Assembly (NCBI GenBank): GCA_002346225.1
Contig: DDYY01000056.1
Coordinates: 11,132 to 75,131 of the forward strand
Direction: 5' to 3'
Origin: Bacteroidetes bacterium UBA3022
GTDB lineage: Bacteria; Bacteroidota; Bacteroidia; Chitinophagales; BACL12
DNA: 64,000 nucleotides
Shown: positions 1 through 10,468 of the stretch, in pieces
Position numbering within the stretch: the first letter of the stretch is position 1
Layout of the letters: each line of letters opens with the position of its first letter
Translations under genes and position numbers: made by a program
The notes under the pieces: generated by a model
What the model saw: only the letters and a program-made list of their open reading frames with translations
Told to the model about the DNA's origin: nothing
Database searches by the model: none

Positions 1-1649
1 GTGGTTCAGGTGCTACAACAGCTCCTGTAACGCGCGCCTTATTCTCTAACCTTACACTTGTTGGTCCACGTGTTGGCGACACCTCTTTAATGAACTCTCT
101 CCATGGACGCGCCATCAGAATTCGCCGTGCTGCTCAAACTTCAGTAGCTAACTCCATTGTTATGGGTGGTCGTACTTGTGGTTTGAGAATTGAAAACGAT
201 GCAACAGCAGAAGCTGCTGATATGGGAGATCTTATTTTCCGCAACGTAATCATGGCAAACAATGGTGACTCTCCTGCCGGTTCCGACCACTACGAAGAAT
301 CATCTACTTCCGGTTATCCTGCATTTGACATCTTTGCATGGGAAGCTGGTAATTTCACCACTGAATTCTCCAATGAAAGTTCAGTTAGCTTAACAAGTAT
401 AGCTGGCAGAGATTTCCGTCCTACTGCTCTTTCTCCTGCCAACTTCCTCGGCACCAACTTTTCCGGTGATTATGCAACCGGCTTTACTCCTGTTGGTTAT
501 AGAGGAGCGTTTGACGGTGTTAATGACTGGACAGCAGGTTGGGTAGAATGGGATCCGCAAAATGCTGACTATTCTGTACCAGGTTTAACCAGCAACCTTC
601 CTGAAATTGCAGCTATCGTTACCAACGCAAACTGTGCTACTGGTGCAGGTTCAATCGATATTTCAGTTTCTAATGCTGTATCACCCACTTACCTTTGGTC
701 TACTGGTGCAACAACTCAGGATGTCTCCGGTCTTGCTCCGGGTGTTTACACTGTAACTGTTACCAATAGCGGTGGTTGCGCAGCATCTGATACCATTTCT
801 GTTGGCGATGCACCGATAAGCGCCCCTGCTGCAATAGCCTTAGGTGCAGTAACTGAGTGTGATATTACTTACAGCTGGAGTGCTGTTGCCGGTGCGAACT
901 CATACAATGTGCGTCTTCGCGACCAGGCAGGTGCTGTTATTTCCGGTCCTATTAATATTGGAGCTGTAACCACTTATACTTGGGAAAGCTTAGCACCCAA
1001 CACAACATATCGTGTTGATGTAAGTGCAGAATGCGCTGATGGTGACATTTCTGGCTACATCACAACCAGCACTAAAACTCAAAATTGTTCTACACCTTCA
1101 GGCCTTAGTGCAACTGTATTATCATCTACTTCTGCAACATTGTCATGGGAGGATCCATGCAATGGTGCCGGTGATTTGTACAGACTGCAATACAGACAAT
1201 TTGGAACAGCTGCATGGATTAGTGTAAATACATCTACTTTAAGCAGAACGCTTACTACTCTTAGCCCCAGTACTTCTTACCAGTATCGTGCTGCTAAGAA
1301 ATGCGGCGGAGGCGGCGGAAAATCATCTTTCTCCGGAATTTCCACCTTTGCAACTCCTTCCCTAACTGGTCCTGAAGAAAGCAGAATCATGGCTGATAAC
1401 GGTGTTGAAGCTAATATCTTCCCTAACCCTGCTTCTACTACGCTGAACGTTGTTGTTGCTGCTGAAGAAATGATAAACATTCAGATAGTAAGTTTATTAG
1501 GTCAGGTAGTATATCAGTCTGCTTCAGTTGAAGCAGCCGGTATTTTCTCTACAGGTATTGATGTAACATCATTCCCTGCAGGAAATTATATCGTTTCTAT
1601 CAATGGTGAAAACTTCAATATCACCAAAGAACTTGTAATTGTAAAATAA
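1..1649 (+). CDS. Secreted multidomain protein with its 5' end outside the window. It has a region paralogous to the 4675-6567 product, a SprB-type repeat, two Fn3-like repeats and a T9SS type-A C-terminal sorting domain.
   Basis: The frame is open from base 3 with no stop before the ATG at 90, so the ORF continues upstream. FSNLTLVGP and YRGAFDGVNDWTAGWVEWDPQNADY parallel FSNVTLLGP and YIGAFGQVENWFGCWVNFIPQETNY in the 4675-6567 product. NANCATGAGSIDISV..PTYLWSTG..GVYTVTVTNSGGC is SprB-repeat-like. The C-terminus IFPNPASTTLNVVV...GNYIVSING...ELVIVK is a typical T9SS CTD. Confidence 0.7.
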   Translation, partial: GSGATTAPVTRALFSNLTLVGPRVGDTSLMNSLHGRAIRIRRAAQTSVANSIVMGGRTCGLRIENDATAEAADMGDLIFRNVIMANNGDSPAGSDHYEESSTSGYPAFDIFAWEAGNFTTEFSNESSVSLTSIAGRDFRPTALSPANFLGTNFSGDYATGFTPVGYRGAFDGVNDWTAGWVEWDPQNADYSVPGLTSNLPEIAAIVTNANCATGAGSIDISVSNAVSPTYLWSTGATTQDVSGLAPGVYTVTVTNSGGCAASDTISVGDAPISAPAAIALGAVTECDITYSWSAVAGANSYNVRLRDQAGAVISGPINIGAVTTYTWESLAPNTTYRVDVSAECADGDISGYITTSTKTQNCSTPSGLSATVLSSTSATLSWEDPCNGAGDLYRLQYRQFGTAAWISVNTSTLSRTLTTLSPSTSYQYRAAKKCGGGGGKSSFSGISTFATPSLTGPEESRIMADNGVEANIFPNPASTTLNVVVAAEEMINIQIVSLLGQVVYQSASVEAAGIFSTGIDVTSFPAGNYIVSINGENFNITKELVIVK

Positions 1650-1673
1650 CACATTGCTGGCTTACAGATTTTT

Positions 1674-1709
1674 AGAGAAGGGTAGCGTAAGCTACCCTTC
1701 TCTATTTTA
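1674..1709 (+). terminator. Rho-independent terminator
   Basis: Perfect 13-bp stem agagaagggtagc (1674-1686) / gctacccttctct (1691-1703), loop gtaa, followed by attttaa. Confidence 0.8.
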
Positions 1710-1777
1710 ATTAACATATGGTTTATGTTCAGTTTATATGAAAATAAGTGCTTTACATAATATATATAATAATAGTT

Positions 1778-4660
1778 ATGCCTAAAGAGCTGTTCATTCT
1801 TTTAGCAGTTCATCTGCTTTTAACACCATTGTTTTCGCAGACAAGCAGAACCGGCGTCAAGGGAATTGTGCTGGATGCCACTAACAATGAGCCACTAATT
1901 GGCGCAGCTGTTTATATTGAAGGACTGGAAAACCTAGGTGTTATTACTGATTTCGACGGTAATTATCAATTATTCGACCTTGATCCGGGCACCTACAGTA
2001 TAACATGCAGCTACGTTTCCTATCAGAAAAAAATTATTGGCGAAGTTCAGATTCCGGCCGGACAAATTGTGCAGCTTAACATAGTAATGGTTCCTGCGAC
2101 ACAGGAATTGGAAACAGTTGTCATTACAAGTACATTTCGGAAAGAAACCGTGCAAAGTGTTTTAACATTGCAGAAAAATAATATATCTATTTCTGATGGA
2201 ATTTCCAAGGATATCATCACCCGATCACCTGATAAAAACACAGGGGAAGTACTCAAACGAATGAGCGGAACCACCCTGCAGGACAACAAATTTGCCATTA
2301 TACGTGGCTTAAGTGACCGCTATAACATTGCACTAATCAACAATAACGTTTTACCGAGCACTGAACCGGATAAAAAATCATTTTCATTTGATCTTTTTCC
2401 ATCTGCCATGCTCGACAATCTATTCATTTACAAATCTGCACAACCTGACTTTCCCGGTGACTTTGCCGGCGGCATTATACAAATGAATACCCGTGATGTG
2501 CCCGATGAGGATTTTATCACGCTTAGCCTGGGCACGGGGGGTAACCTCCAGACTGCATCACAACCTTATATGGAATACCAGGGCGGATCACTTGACTGGT
2601 TAGGTTTAGATGACGGCACCAGAGCCTTACCCGAAGGATTCCCTGATGCAAATACTTTCAAACTTGGTTCAGAAGAAGAAAGGGTTGCGTGGAGTAAACT
2701 GCATCAAAATAATTGGGGAGCTGAAAACTTTGATGCTTCACCTTTAGACCAATCACTTCAATTGTCATTCGGATTAAACAGAGAGCTTTCTGGAAACAGA
2801 TTTGGCCTAATTGGCGGAATAACCTACAGTGGATCCAGAGAAACGGTCTTCACTGCAAGAAATGATTACCAGGCTGACGGCAGTACACTTTACCAATATG
2901 AAGACACCACATATGCCAGAAATATTTTATGGGGAGCTGTATTAAATTTAGCTTACAGAATTGGCAACAATAATCAAATTGCATTGCGAAATTCAGTTTC
3001 CGTAAATGGTAGAGATTTAACAACCATTAGAGGAGGATTTAATAGTAATTCGGATAATTTCCTGGCACTGGAGTATTACGAATTCCTATCGAACTTTTTG
3101 GGCAGCACAATGCTGAGCGGATCTCATGCATTCAGCAACTCCAAGCTAAAAATAAACTGGACTGCAGGATATAACAGGATAGTGCGTGATCAACCTGATC
3201 TCAGAACATCCTACTACTTTACTCCATCGCTTGATGAACCATTCTTCTCCGTGTTTGCCGTAAACAATATTACAGTAGAGGGTAATTTTAAATATTACTC
3301 TTTTCTTCAGGAAAACTCGGTTAACGGTACCTTCGACATTTCCTATCCCTACCAGATTAAAGGCAACTCGCAGGTGGTAAAAGTGGGAACAATGATTACC
3401 AGAAAGGACAGAGCATTCGATGCCAGATTGATGGGATATGTAATCGACAATGGCTTCTTCAGTCTCGATGGTCTTCCCGATGAAATTAGGGATCAATATG
3501 GTATAACCGCCGGTGGTGCTTTCAGCTATTGGTACTTGCCGCGCAATGTATTACTGAGCGATGATTACATCAATGATTCTCTCTTTCGGATAAAAGATGT
3601 TACCACATTATCCGATGCCTATACAGCTCAGCAATATAACACTGCCATCTATGCAATGTCAGATAATAAGCTGGGCAGAAAGTTTAGGGTTATCTGGGGT
3701 GTAAGGATGGAAAACTGGAGACAGTTTCTTCAATCATATGAAAAATCTTCCCTTGCATTGGACGATGAAATTAACATTGATTCAAGAGAACTTGACACCA
3801 TAGGCTTACCATTTGACTTGCTTCCATCTGTTAACTTCATTTATTCCTTAACAGATAAGATAAATATCAGACTCTCCGGTTCACAAACTGTTGCCCGACC
3901 TGAAATGAGGGAGTATGCTCCTACTGAATACTTTGATTACACTAACAATGTATACTATTTCGGCAGAACAAATTTACGTACCACCCAAATCTACAATGCC
4001 GATATACGCTTTGAATACTTTTTAGGAAACGGTCAAATCATTTCGGTAAGTGGATTTTACAAGTATTTCAATGATCCGATACAAATGCGAAGATATGTTA
4101 CAGGAACATTCACCACTGCCGACCCCATAAATGAAGATTACGGAACCAATATTGGTGCTGAACTGGAATTGCGCAAGAATTTCAGTTTTGTAGCTCCCAC
4201 AAGTAATTTCTTTAACAACCTGACAATTTATACCAATTTGGCCTATATAAAATCCGTTATGCAGGTAGCTGACACAGCCTACTTTGGTGTATCGGAACGA
4301 CCACTGGCCTATCAGTCACCATATGTTATCAATGGCGGTATCTCCTATCTTGATCTGGAAAAAGGATATGGCGTTAACATCCTTTACAACCAGATTGGGC
4401 GCCGTATAACCGAATTGGGTTTTGTCAATTATCCGGATATATACCAGAATCCAAGGCCTTTGCTCGATGCGCAGCTTAGTATTCCTTTCCATAAGCAAAC
4501 AGGAACAATTCGCATTAATTATTCCGACATATTTGCCGCTGATGATATTTTTTATCAGGACATTGACCAGAGCGGAGCTTTTGAAGAAGAAACCGACCAG
4601 CTCATCAGCCGGGCAATTGTTGGCAGCAAAATATCCATTTCTATCACCTATCGCTTATAA
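1778..4660 (+). CDS. TonB-dependent outer-membrane receptor with an N-terminal carboxypeptidase-regulatory-like domain
   Basis: Signal peptide MPKELFILLAVHLLLTPLFSQ. CarboxypepD_reg-like GIVLDATNNEPLIGAAVYIEG...TDFDGNYQL..LDPGTYSITCSYVSYQKK. Plug motifs GEVLKRMSGTTLQDNKFAIIRGLSDRYNIALINN. A long beta-barrel follows. The ATG at 1778 is preferred over the GTG at 1748. Confidence 0.85.
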   Translation: MPKELFILLAVHLLLTPLFSQTSRTGVKGIVLDATNNEPLIGAAVYIEGLENLGVITDFDGNYQLFDLDPGTYSITCSYVSYQKKIIGEVQIPAGQIVQLNIVMVPATQELETVVITSTFRKETVQSVLTLQKNNISISDGISKDIITRSPDKNTGEVLKRMSGTTLQDNKFAIIRGLSDRYNIALINNNVLPSTEPDKKSFSFDLFPSAMLDNLFIYKSAQPDFPGDFAGGIIQMNTRDVPDEDFITLSLGTGGNLQTASQPYMEYQGGSLDWLGLDDGTRALPEGFPDANTFKLGSEEERVAWSKLHQNNWGAENFDASPLDQSLQLSFGLNRELSGNRFGLIGGITYSGSRETVFTARNDYQADGSTLYQYEDTTYARNILWGAVLNLAYRIGNNNQIALRNSVSVNGRDLTTIRGGFNSNSDNFLALEYYEFLSNFLGSTMLSGSHAFSNSKLKINWTAGYNRIVRDQPDLRTSYYFTPSLDEPFFSVFAVNNITVEGNFKYYSFLQENSVNGTFDISYPYQIKGNSQVVKVGTMITRKDRAFDARLMGYVIDNGFFSLDGLPDEIRDQYGITAGGAFSYWYLPRNVLLSDDYINDSLFRIKDVTTLSDAYTAQQYNTAIYAMSDNKLGRKFRVIWGVRMENWRQFLQSYEKSSLALDDEINIDSRELDTIGLPFDLLPSVNFIYSLTDKINIRLSGSQTVARPEMREYAPTEYFDYTNNVYYFGRTNLRTTQIYNADIRFEYFLGNGQIISVSGFYKYFNDPIQMRRYVTGTFTTADPINEDYGTNIGAELELRKNFSFVAPTSNFFNNLTIYTNLAYIKSVMQVADTAYFGVSERPLAYQSPYVINGGISYLDLEKGYGVNILYNQIGRRITELGFVNYPDIYQNPRPLLDAQLSIPFHKQTGTIRINYSDIFAADDIFYQDIDQSGAFEEETDQLISRAIVGSKISISITYRL

Positions 4661-4674
4661 ACAAATTTACAACA

Positions 4675-6567
4675 ATGTTAAACTTTACAAGAACTACACT
4701 AATTGTTTGTTTTTTGCTGGTCTGTCAGCAATTGCTCATCGCGCAAACGGCCACCATTTCGGGGAATATTACAGATGTAAGAGCTTTAAGCGCCGACACT
4801 GTTTATACGCTCGAAGGCAAAGTATATATCAAGGACGGCGGCGTTCTTTTTATACCTCCGGGAACAATTATAAGAGGTGATAAGGATTCAAAAGGAATGC
4901 TTATTTGTACCAAAACGGGAATCCTTGCTGCACAGGGCACACCCGAACAGCCTATTATTTTTACTTCATCGGAAGCCATTGGAGAACGGCAGGCCGGTGA
5001 TTGGGGTGGTGTGGTATTTTGCGGAAATGCCGGCATTAACGCAACCGGTGGCTCGGCGTCATTACCCGGCTTAGACGCTGCTGATGGTGCATATGGCGGA
5101 GCTAACGCATTTGACTCAAGAGGTGGTTTACAATATGTTAGAATTGAATATGGCGGCGGTAGCTCAACACCTGCCAACAAACTGGCTGGCCTTACACTGG
5201 CAGGTGTAGGTCTTGGAACGCTTATTGAGAATGTAATGGTTTCATACAGTGGTGACGATGCTTTCGAAATAAGGGGTGGAACAATGAATGCCAAATACCT
5301 TGTTGCAAACGGATCCGTTGACGATGATTTTGAAACCGACTTAGGCTGGACTGGAAATATTCAATTTGCCGCAGGATATCGTGACCCTTCCTTAGGTGAC
5401 GCATCGGGCTCCAATGGTTTCGAAAGTGATAACGATGACACAGGCTCCGCCAATACGCCTAAAACAAATGGCGTTTTTTCTAACGTAACCTTATTAGGCC
5501 CTATTCAGGATATTTTTACAGAATACGATGCGAATTACAAGCGAGCAGCACATCTGAAAAATAACACAGAGTTGAAAATTTTTAATTCAATTCTTGGTGC
5601 TTACCCTGTCGGCTTAATGGTAGATGGTATGGATTGTGAGGCAAATGCTGATCTTGACTTTATCAAAGTTAAGAATAGTGCAATTGCCATTATTACCGAT
5701 TCTTTGGTTGAAAATCAGTTACTTGAAACACAATTGAGCAGCTTATGGAATATTGAGAGCTGGTATAATACACCGGAGTTTGATAATTTCCAATTTGACA
5801 GTATATCCGGCATTGGTTTTGTAGATCCCTTCAATGCTACGAAACCAGACTTGAGGTTTGAATCTACTTCACCATTGGCCGTTGCCGGTGCAAGTTTTGA
5901 TGATACTGATCTTGATCCAACCTTTTTCATCCCTACTACCTACATAGGTGCATTTGGACAGGTAGAAAACTGGTTTGGGTGCTGGGTAAACTTCATTCCG
6001 CAAGAAACTAATTATGATTTTCCGGGTACAACACTTGCTCCAACAATTGCCTTCTTTTCTTTTGAAACAGACTCGGGTAGCCTAACTATTGACTTCGTGA
6101 ATTTGTCCAGTTCATCTGATGCTTACTTTTGGAATTTTGGAATAGATTCTATCAACACTGATACCAGTTCCCTTGTCAATCCGTCCTTTACTTTTCCAGA
6201 CACAGGTACTTATTTTATTCAGCTTATAGCGTATGGCTGCACTGTTGATACTTTCATCACAGAACTTGTAATTACTCAGGAAGGCGGTTTACTTATTGAT
6301 GATATATCCTACATTGGTGAATTTAAAATATTCCCTAATCCGGCCAACGATCGGGCAACTATTGAAATCTATGCTACAAAGACTACTGAGGGTTTGATCA
6401 GCATATATGATCTGAAAGGCCAAATGATGCTTGAATCGATCAGGGGACAGTTATCTCCCGGAACAAATCATATAAACATGGATTTACAAACACTAAACCC
6501 AGGTGTATATATAGTTTACGTGTTCAACAATGGAATTGGCAGATCTGAACGACTGATAATTCAGTAG
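4675..6567 (+). CDS. Secreted protein paralogous to the 1-1649 product, with a PKD-like domain and a T9SS type-A C-terminal sorting domain
   Basis: Signal peptide ending LLIAQT. It shares motifs with ORF 1-1649 (see that entry). PKD-like segment FSFETDSGSLTIDFVNLSSSSDAYFWNFG...GTYFIQLIAYG. CTD FKIFPNPANDRATIEIY...PGVYIVYVFNNG..SERLIIQ. It starts 14 nt after the receptor gene. Confidence 0.7.
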   Translation: MLNFTRTTLIVCFLLVCQQLLIAQTATISGNITDVRALSADTVYTLEGKVYIKDGGVLFIPPGTIIRGDKDSKGMLICTKTGILAAQGTPEQPIIFTSSEAIGERQAGDWGGVVFCGNAGINATGGSASLPGLDAADGAYGGANAFDSRGGLQYVRIEYGGGSSTPANKLAGLTLAGVGLGTLIENVMVSYSGDDAFEIRGGTMNAKYLVANGSVDDDFETDLGWTGNIQFAAGYRDPSLGDASGSNGFESDNDDTGSANTPKTNGVFSNVTLLGPIQDIFTEYDANYKRAAHLKNNTELKIFNSILGAYPVGLMVDGMDCEANADLDFIKVKNSAIAIITDSLVENQLLETQLSSLWNIESWYNTPEFDNFQFDSISGIGFVDPFNATKPDLRFESTSPLAVAGASFDDTDLDPTFFIPTTYIGAFGQVENWFGCWVNFIPQETNYDFPGTTLAPTIAFFSFETDSGSLTIDFVNLSSSSDAYFWNFGIDSINTDTSSLVNPSFTFPDTGTYFIQLIAYGCTVDTFITELVITQEGGLLIDDISYIGEFKIFPNPANDRATIEIYATKTTEGLISIYDLKGQMMLESIRGQLSPGTNHINMDLQTLNPGVYIVYVFNNGIGRSERLIIQ

Positions 6568-6578
6568 AAAATTCCACT

Positions 6579-6624
6579 TAGTAAGCCCCCAAAATTTACT
6601 ACATGTAAAATTGGGGGCTTACTA
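6579..6624. terminator. Bidirectional hairpin terminator between convergent genes
   Basis: Perfect 14-bp stem tagtaagcccccaa (6579-6592) / ttgggggcttacta (6611-6624). The loop contains a further tttac/gtaaa pairing. Confidence 0.75.
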
Positions 6625-6642
6625 ATTTCCTGGAAGCGGCCA

Positions 6643-7533
6643 TTACTGCATATTAAGTTTATAACTCTTATACAGCGAGTTGACAATTCCATCAGAAAGT
6701 CCCTGTTTCGGTACATATATCTTGTCTATACCGGCCCACTTTAAAGCGTTGATATAAATGCGCAAAGCAGGAACGATAACATCGGCCCTATCGGGTTTCA
6801 ATCCGAGATCTCTTACTCTTTCTACCATAGATAAGCCATCGATATAAGCCATTACCTTTTTAAGCGTTGCGGGCGCAAGGTAAAGCTTACCCTGCTTGCC
6901 GTACATCTTCATCACTTTATTGATATTTCCACCTACGCCGATGGCGGTCAACCCCGGAAAGTCCGCCTTGACCTCCATGAGCCATTTCATCAATACTTTC
7001 CAGGCATCGTCTGTAACTGTATCATTGAGCAATCGCAGGGTACCAATGTTGGCAGAGTAATTCCTCAGCATATCGCCACCACTCAGCAAGGCGAATTCTG
7101 TACTACCGCCACCTACATCAATATACAGGTAATTACCCAGGGGGTCTATCCCCGCCTGCTTCAGTGGGTATTGCATGATGAGAGAAGCCTCTGCTTCCCC
7201 CGGTAAAATTTCAATTTCAATACCTGCCTTCTCTCTTACCAGACGCAATATTTCAGCGCCGTTTTCTGCATCCCGCATAGCCGAGGTGGCGCATGCCTTA
7301 TATGCATTGGCTTTGTGAATATCGATGAGCATCCGCATGACAGTCATGGTCTTAATGACCTGCTCTACCTTCTCATCCGAGATTCTTCCTGCAAGAAATG
7401 CATCCTCTCCTAACCTCACCGGCACCCTCAGTAATTCATCTTTGTGGAATACAGGCCCATTTTTCGTTTCATAAACATTCACAAACAATAGCCTTATAGC
7501 ATTACTTCCGATATCAATAGCAGCAAACTTCAC
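6643..7533 (-). CDS. ppx: Ppx/GppA family exopolyphosphatase (short, about 300-aa form)
   Basis: N-terminus MKFAAIDIGSNAIRLLF and DVGGGSTEF are actin-like ATPase-fold phosphate motifs typical of Ppx/GppA. It lies 12 nt downstream of ppk1 on the same strand. Confidence 0.85.
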   Translation of the reverse strand: MKFAAIDIGSNAIRLLFVNVYETKNGPVFHKDELLRVPVRLGEDAFLAGRISDEKVEQVIKTMTVMRMLIDIHKANAYKACATSAMRDAENGAEILRLVREKAGIEIEILPGEAEASLIMQYPLKQAGIDPLGNYLYIDVGGGSTEFALLSGGDMLRNYSANIGTLRLLNDTVTDDAWKVLMKWLMEVKADFPGLTAIGVGGNINKVMKMYGKQGKLYLAPATLKKVMAYIDGLSMVERVRDLGLKPDRADVIVPALRIYINALKWAGIDKIYVPKQGLSDGIVNSLYKSYKLNMQ

Positions 7534-7545
7534 TTCTCTTGGGTA

Positions 7546-9624
7546 TTAGGTTTCTGATTCACTAAAGTGCTTAAAGTATTCATAGATGGCGATCTGACTT
7601 CTCACAGGAGCATCTTCATTTTCTGGCTGAATGTACTCATTTAAATGATATTGTGAAAGATTCCGGGCCTTCATATTATCCTTCCATTGTATCTCCAAAA
7701 TGTCAATCAGCTGTTGCCGGATTTCTTCATCCAATACTTTTACCAGCACTTCCACCCTGTTATCGATATTTCGTTCCATCATATCTGCAGAGCCAATGAA
7801 TACCTCTTCTTTACCCTTATTGTGAAAATATAATATCCTGGGGTGCTCCAGAAATTTATCCAATATACTAATGGCTTTGATGTTCTCGCTCATTCCTTTC
7901 ACCTCAGGAACAATGGAACAGGCACTTCTTACTATGAGTCGAATCTTTACACCTGCATTACTAGCCTCGTATAGCAAAGCAACAATTTCCCGGTCAATAA
8001 GGTTGTTCACTTTGATATAGATAGAGGCAGGAGCGCCGCTCTTCGCATGCTTTATTTCTCTGTTGATAAGCTGTCGGAGTTTCCTTCGAAGATGTATAGG
8101 AGCCATGAGAATATTTTTATATGCTCCTATTTCATATTGATTTTCAAAAAATCCAAACACCATCTTCATTTCTTTAATAATAGATGGCCGGGTGGTCATC
8201 AACATGACATCCGTATAGAGTTTTGCTGTCTTTTCATTGAAATTACCCGTTCCAATGATGCCGTAGTGCACTTCGGTATTACCCACCTGTTCACGGACAA
8301 TGCACAACTTAGCATGCACCTTCAGTTTATTCACACCGAATATCACCTTCACACCTTCTTCCTGCAGGCGATTCGCCCAATAGATATTATTCTCCTCATC
8401 GAAACGCGCCTGTAATTCCATCACCACCGTCACCTGCTTTCCGTTGCGAGCTGCATTGATGAGGGACAAGGCTACACTGGAGTTGCTGGCCACGCGATAC
8501 AGCGTCATCTGTATATGCGTTACAGACGGATTAATGGCCGCTTCCCTTAAAAAATCAATGACATGGTTGAATGTCTGATAGGGAAAGTGCAGCATGATAT
8601 CCTTCTTCCTGACAACCTGAAAAACACTTGTATGTGGCATCAGCATGGGATGCGCCACAGGTGGATGCACGCGGTACCGCAAGCCTATCCGCTGCAGGTC
8701 AGGGAAATTGATAAAGTCCTTGAAGTTGTGGTAACGCGCTCCGGGAATTAAAGCGTCGTCCTTATGCAACTTCATCTTTCGGACAAAAAAGTCGAGCATT
8801 TCTCGCGGCATCTCGGCATCGTAGATGAACCTCACAGGCTCTCCTTTGACACGCCGTTTGACACTCTTCTGAATGAGTTCTATGAGACTCTGGGATAAAT
8901 CACTGTCAATGTCCAGTTCTGCATCCCTTGTAATCTTAATGGTATAGGCATCCATTCTGTCGAAGTCGAAAATCTGATAGACAGAACGAAGGTTGTAGCG
9001 AATGACATCATCGAGTAATATGATGAACTTCTTATTGCCTATATCCGGCAGAACAAAAAAGCGGGAGGGCTCTCCATCCGGAACTTCTATAAGTGAAAAC
9101 CGGGGCAGCTGACCTTCCTTCAACAATCGCACGGCCAGATAGATGGAGGAGTCACTTAACACCGGCAATTTCGTTTCCTGGTCAATCATGATCGGGAAAA
9201 GCCTGGGTCGGACACTGTCATTGAAATATTGACGAACTACCTCACCCTGCTCATCAGACAATTGCGATTCATTCAACAAAAAGATATCTTCTTTTTCGAG
9301 CTCTTTCAAAATCTCCAGATAGGAATTATCAAACCTGTTTTTCAATACCAGAATTTTCTTTTGAATCTGGCTGATAACCTTGGTGGGGTTGATTTCAAAT
9401 TCCCTGATTTTAGAGCGTTGCAGTTTTGCCATGCGCCTTAGGGTTGCCACCCTTACGCGAAAGAACTCATCCTGATTATTGGAGAAAATACCCAGAAAAC
9501 GCACCCGCTCGTTCAACGGCACACGTTTATCTTCTGCCTCCTGCAAAACCCTTTCGTTAAACGATAACCAACTGATATCCCTGTGGATATATTTAAATGC
9601 GGCAGCTTTCCCCTTCTTTCCCAT
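7546..9624 (-). CDS. ppk1: Polyphosphate kinase 1
   Basis: 692 aa. Motifs RDISWLSFNERVLQEA, ERVRFLGIFSNNQDEFFRVRV and two PLD-like segments (KVHAKLCIV; FIGSADMMERN..NRVEV). Confidence 0.95.
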   Translation of the reverse strand: MGKKGKAAAFKYIHRDISWLSFNERVLQEAEDKRVPLNERVRFLGIFSNNQDEFFRVRVATLRRMAKLQRSKIREFEINPTKVISQIQKKILVLKNRFDNSYLEILKELEKEDIFLLNESQLSDEQGEVVRQYFNDSVRPRLFPIMIDQETKLPVLSDSSIYLAVRLLKEGQLPRFSLIEVPDGEPSRFFVLPDIGNKKFIILLDDVIRYNLRSVYQIFDFDRMDAYTIKITRDAELDIDSDLSQSLIELIQKSVKRRVKGEPVRFIYDAEMPREMLDFFVRKMKLHKDDALIPGARYHNFKDFINFPDLQRIGLRYRVHPPVAHPMLMPHTSVFQVVRKKDIMLHFPYQTFNHVIDFLREAAINPSVTHIQMTLYRVASNSSVALSLINAARNGKQVTVVMELQARFDEENNIYWANRLQEEGVKVIFGVNKLKVHAKLCIVREQVGNTEVHYGIIGTGNFNEKTAKLYTDVMLMTTRPSIIKEMKMVFGFFENQYEIGAYKNILMAPIHLRRKLRQLINREIKHAKSGAPASIYIKVNNLIDREIVALLYEASNAGVKIRLIVRSACSIVPEVKGMSENIKAISILDKFLEHPRILYFHNKGKEEVFIGSADMMERNIDNRVEVLVKVLDEEIRQQLIDILEIQWKDNMKARNLSQYHLNEYIQPENEDAPVRSQIAIYEYFKHFSESET

Positions 9625-9727
9625 AAACGGCTACAAAATAGGTAGTAACCCACGAAAATACATGGAATAAGGCGGTTTAATCCCCCCTGATAATTATCAA
9701 ATTATTAATTCCGTGGAACGGCGTCAA

Positions 9728-10255
9728 CTACAAAGTAGCCACACGTCTGAAAGTAACTTCATCCAATTCAATATTGGTATTGCCTGTGATAATGCGGAAC
9801 TCAACAGGCGAACTGGAAGTGGTAAACAGGTAAAGCACTTCGCGCTTCCATTCCCAGGCATTCTCTGGTTGGATATTGGCTGCAAGTACATTTTCGCCAT
9901 CTTGTACAAGGTAGAGGTAAAAAGCCGCAGAACAACCTGTACTTTCTCCGGCAAGACGGGTGGCTAGCGATATTTCATAGGTAGCATCTGCCTCTACCAG
10001 CAAATCTTCATTGTACATCAACTCGGTGCATTCAGCAGGGTTTACTTTGAGGGCGCGCCATCCGGCGTAAGCTTCCCCCTCCTGTATCTGCATTTCTCCA
10101 CTACCTTCCATAGACCACAGTCCACCAGCAACAGAGAGATCTTCAAAAGAACCATTCTTTACCATATTCGGATAGGTAGCTATTATCTCCTCTTCCGGAG
10201 TGGAACAGGAAACTCCCAGAAGGGCGATACACGATAGCAAGACTACTATTTTCAT
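9728..10255 (-). CDS. Hypothetical lipoprotein, possibly with a CBM4/9-like jelly-roll fold
   Basis: MKIVVLLSCIALLGVSC is a lipobox signal peptide. NGSFEDL...W...EG pattern. The ATG at 10255 is preferred over the TTG at 10276. Confidence 0.5.
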   Translation of the reverse strand: MKIVVLLSCIALLGVSCSTPEEEIIATYPNMVKNGSFEDLSVAGGLWSMEGSGEMQIQEGEAYAGWRALKVNPAECTELMYNEDLLVEADATYEISLATRLAGESTGCSAAFYLYLVQDGENVLAANIQPENAWEWKREVLYLFTTSSSPVEFRIITGNTNIELDEVTFRRVATL

Positions 10256-10453
10256 ACAGTTGATTTTACATTTCAAAAGTACATGCTGAAATCTAATTTT
10301 GGTGACTTAAATAGAAAAAATAAGGCTAAATATACTGCAATAACTGTCTATTTGTGACATGATATATAACCCTCCTAAACCCATGGAGGTAATGATGATT
10401 TGTAATTCTTACAGGTGTTTACAAGCCGGGAAAGAGAGGTCGGAATCATTCTT

Positions 10454-10461
10454 TATTTTTG
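10454..10461 (+). promoter_or_regulatory. Bacteroidota -7 box (TAnnTTTG)
   Basis: tatttttg lies 7 nt upstream of the ATG at 10469. Confidence 0.4.
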
Positions 10462-10468
10462 TGCAACA

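Noticed and set aside
4422-5294. Overlapping ORFs 4422-4880 (+) and 4803-5294 (-)
   Set aside because: Both overlap well-supported genes (the TonB-dependent receptor and the T9SS cargo paralog) out of frame or antisense. Their translations are low-complexity (P/S/A-rich or K/R-rich), as is typical of shadow ORFs.
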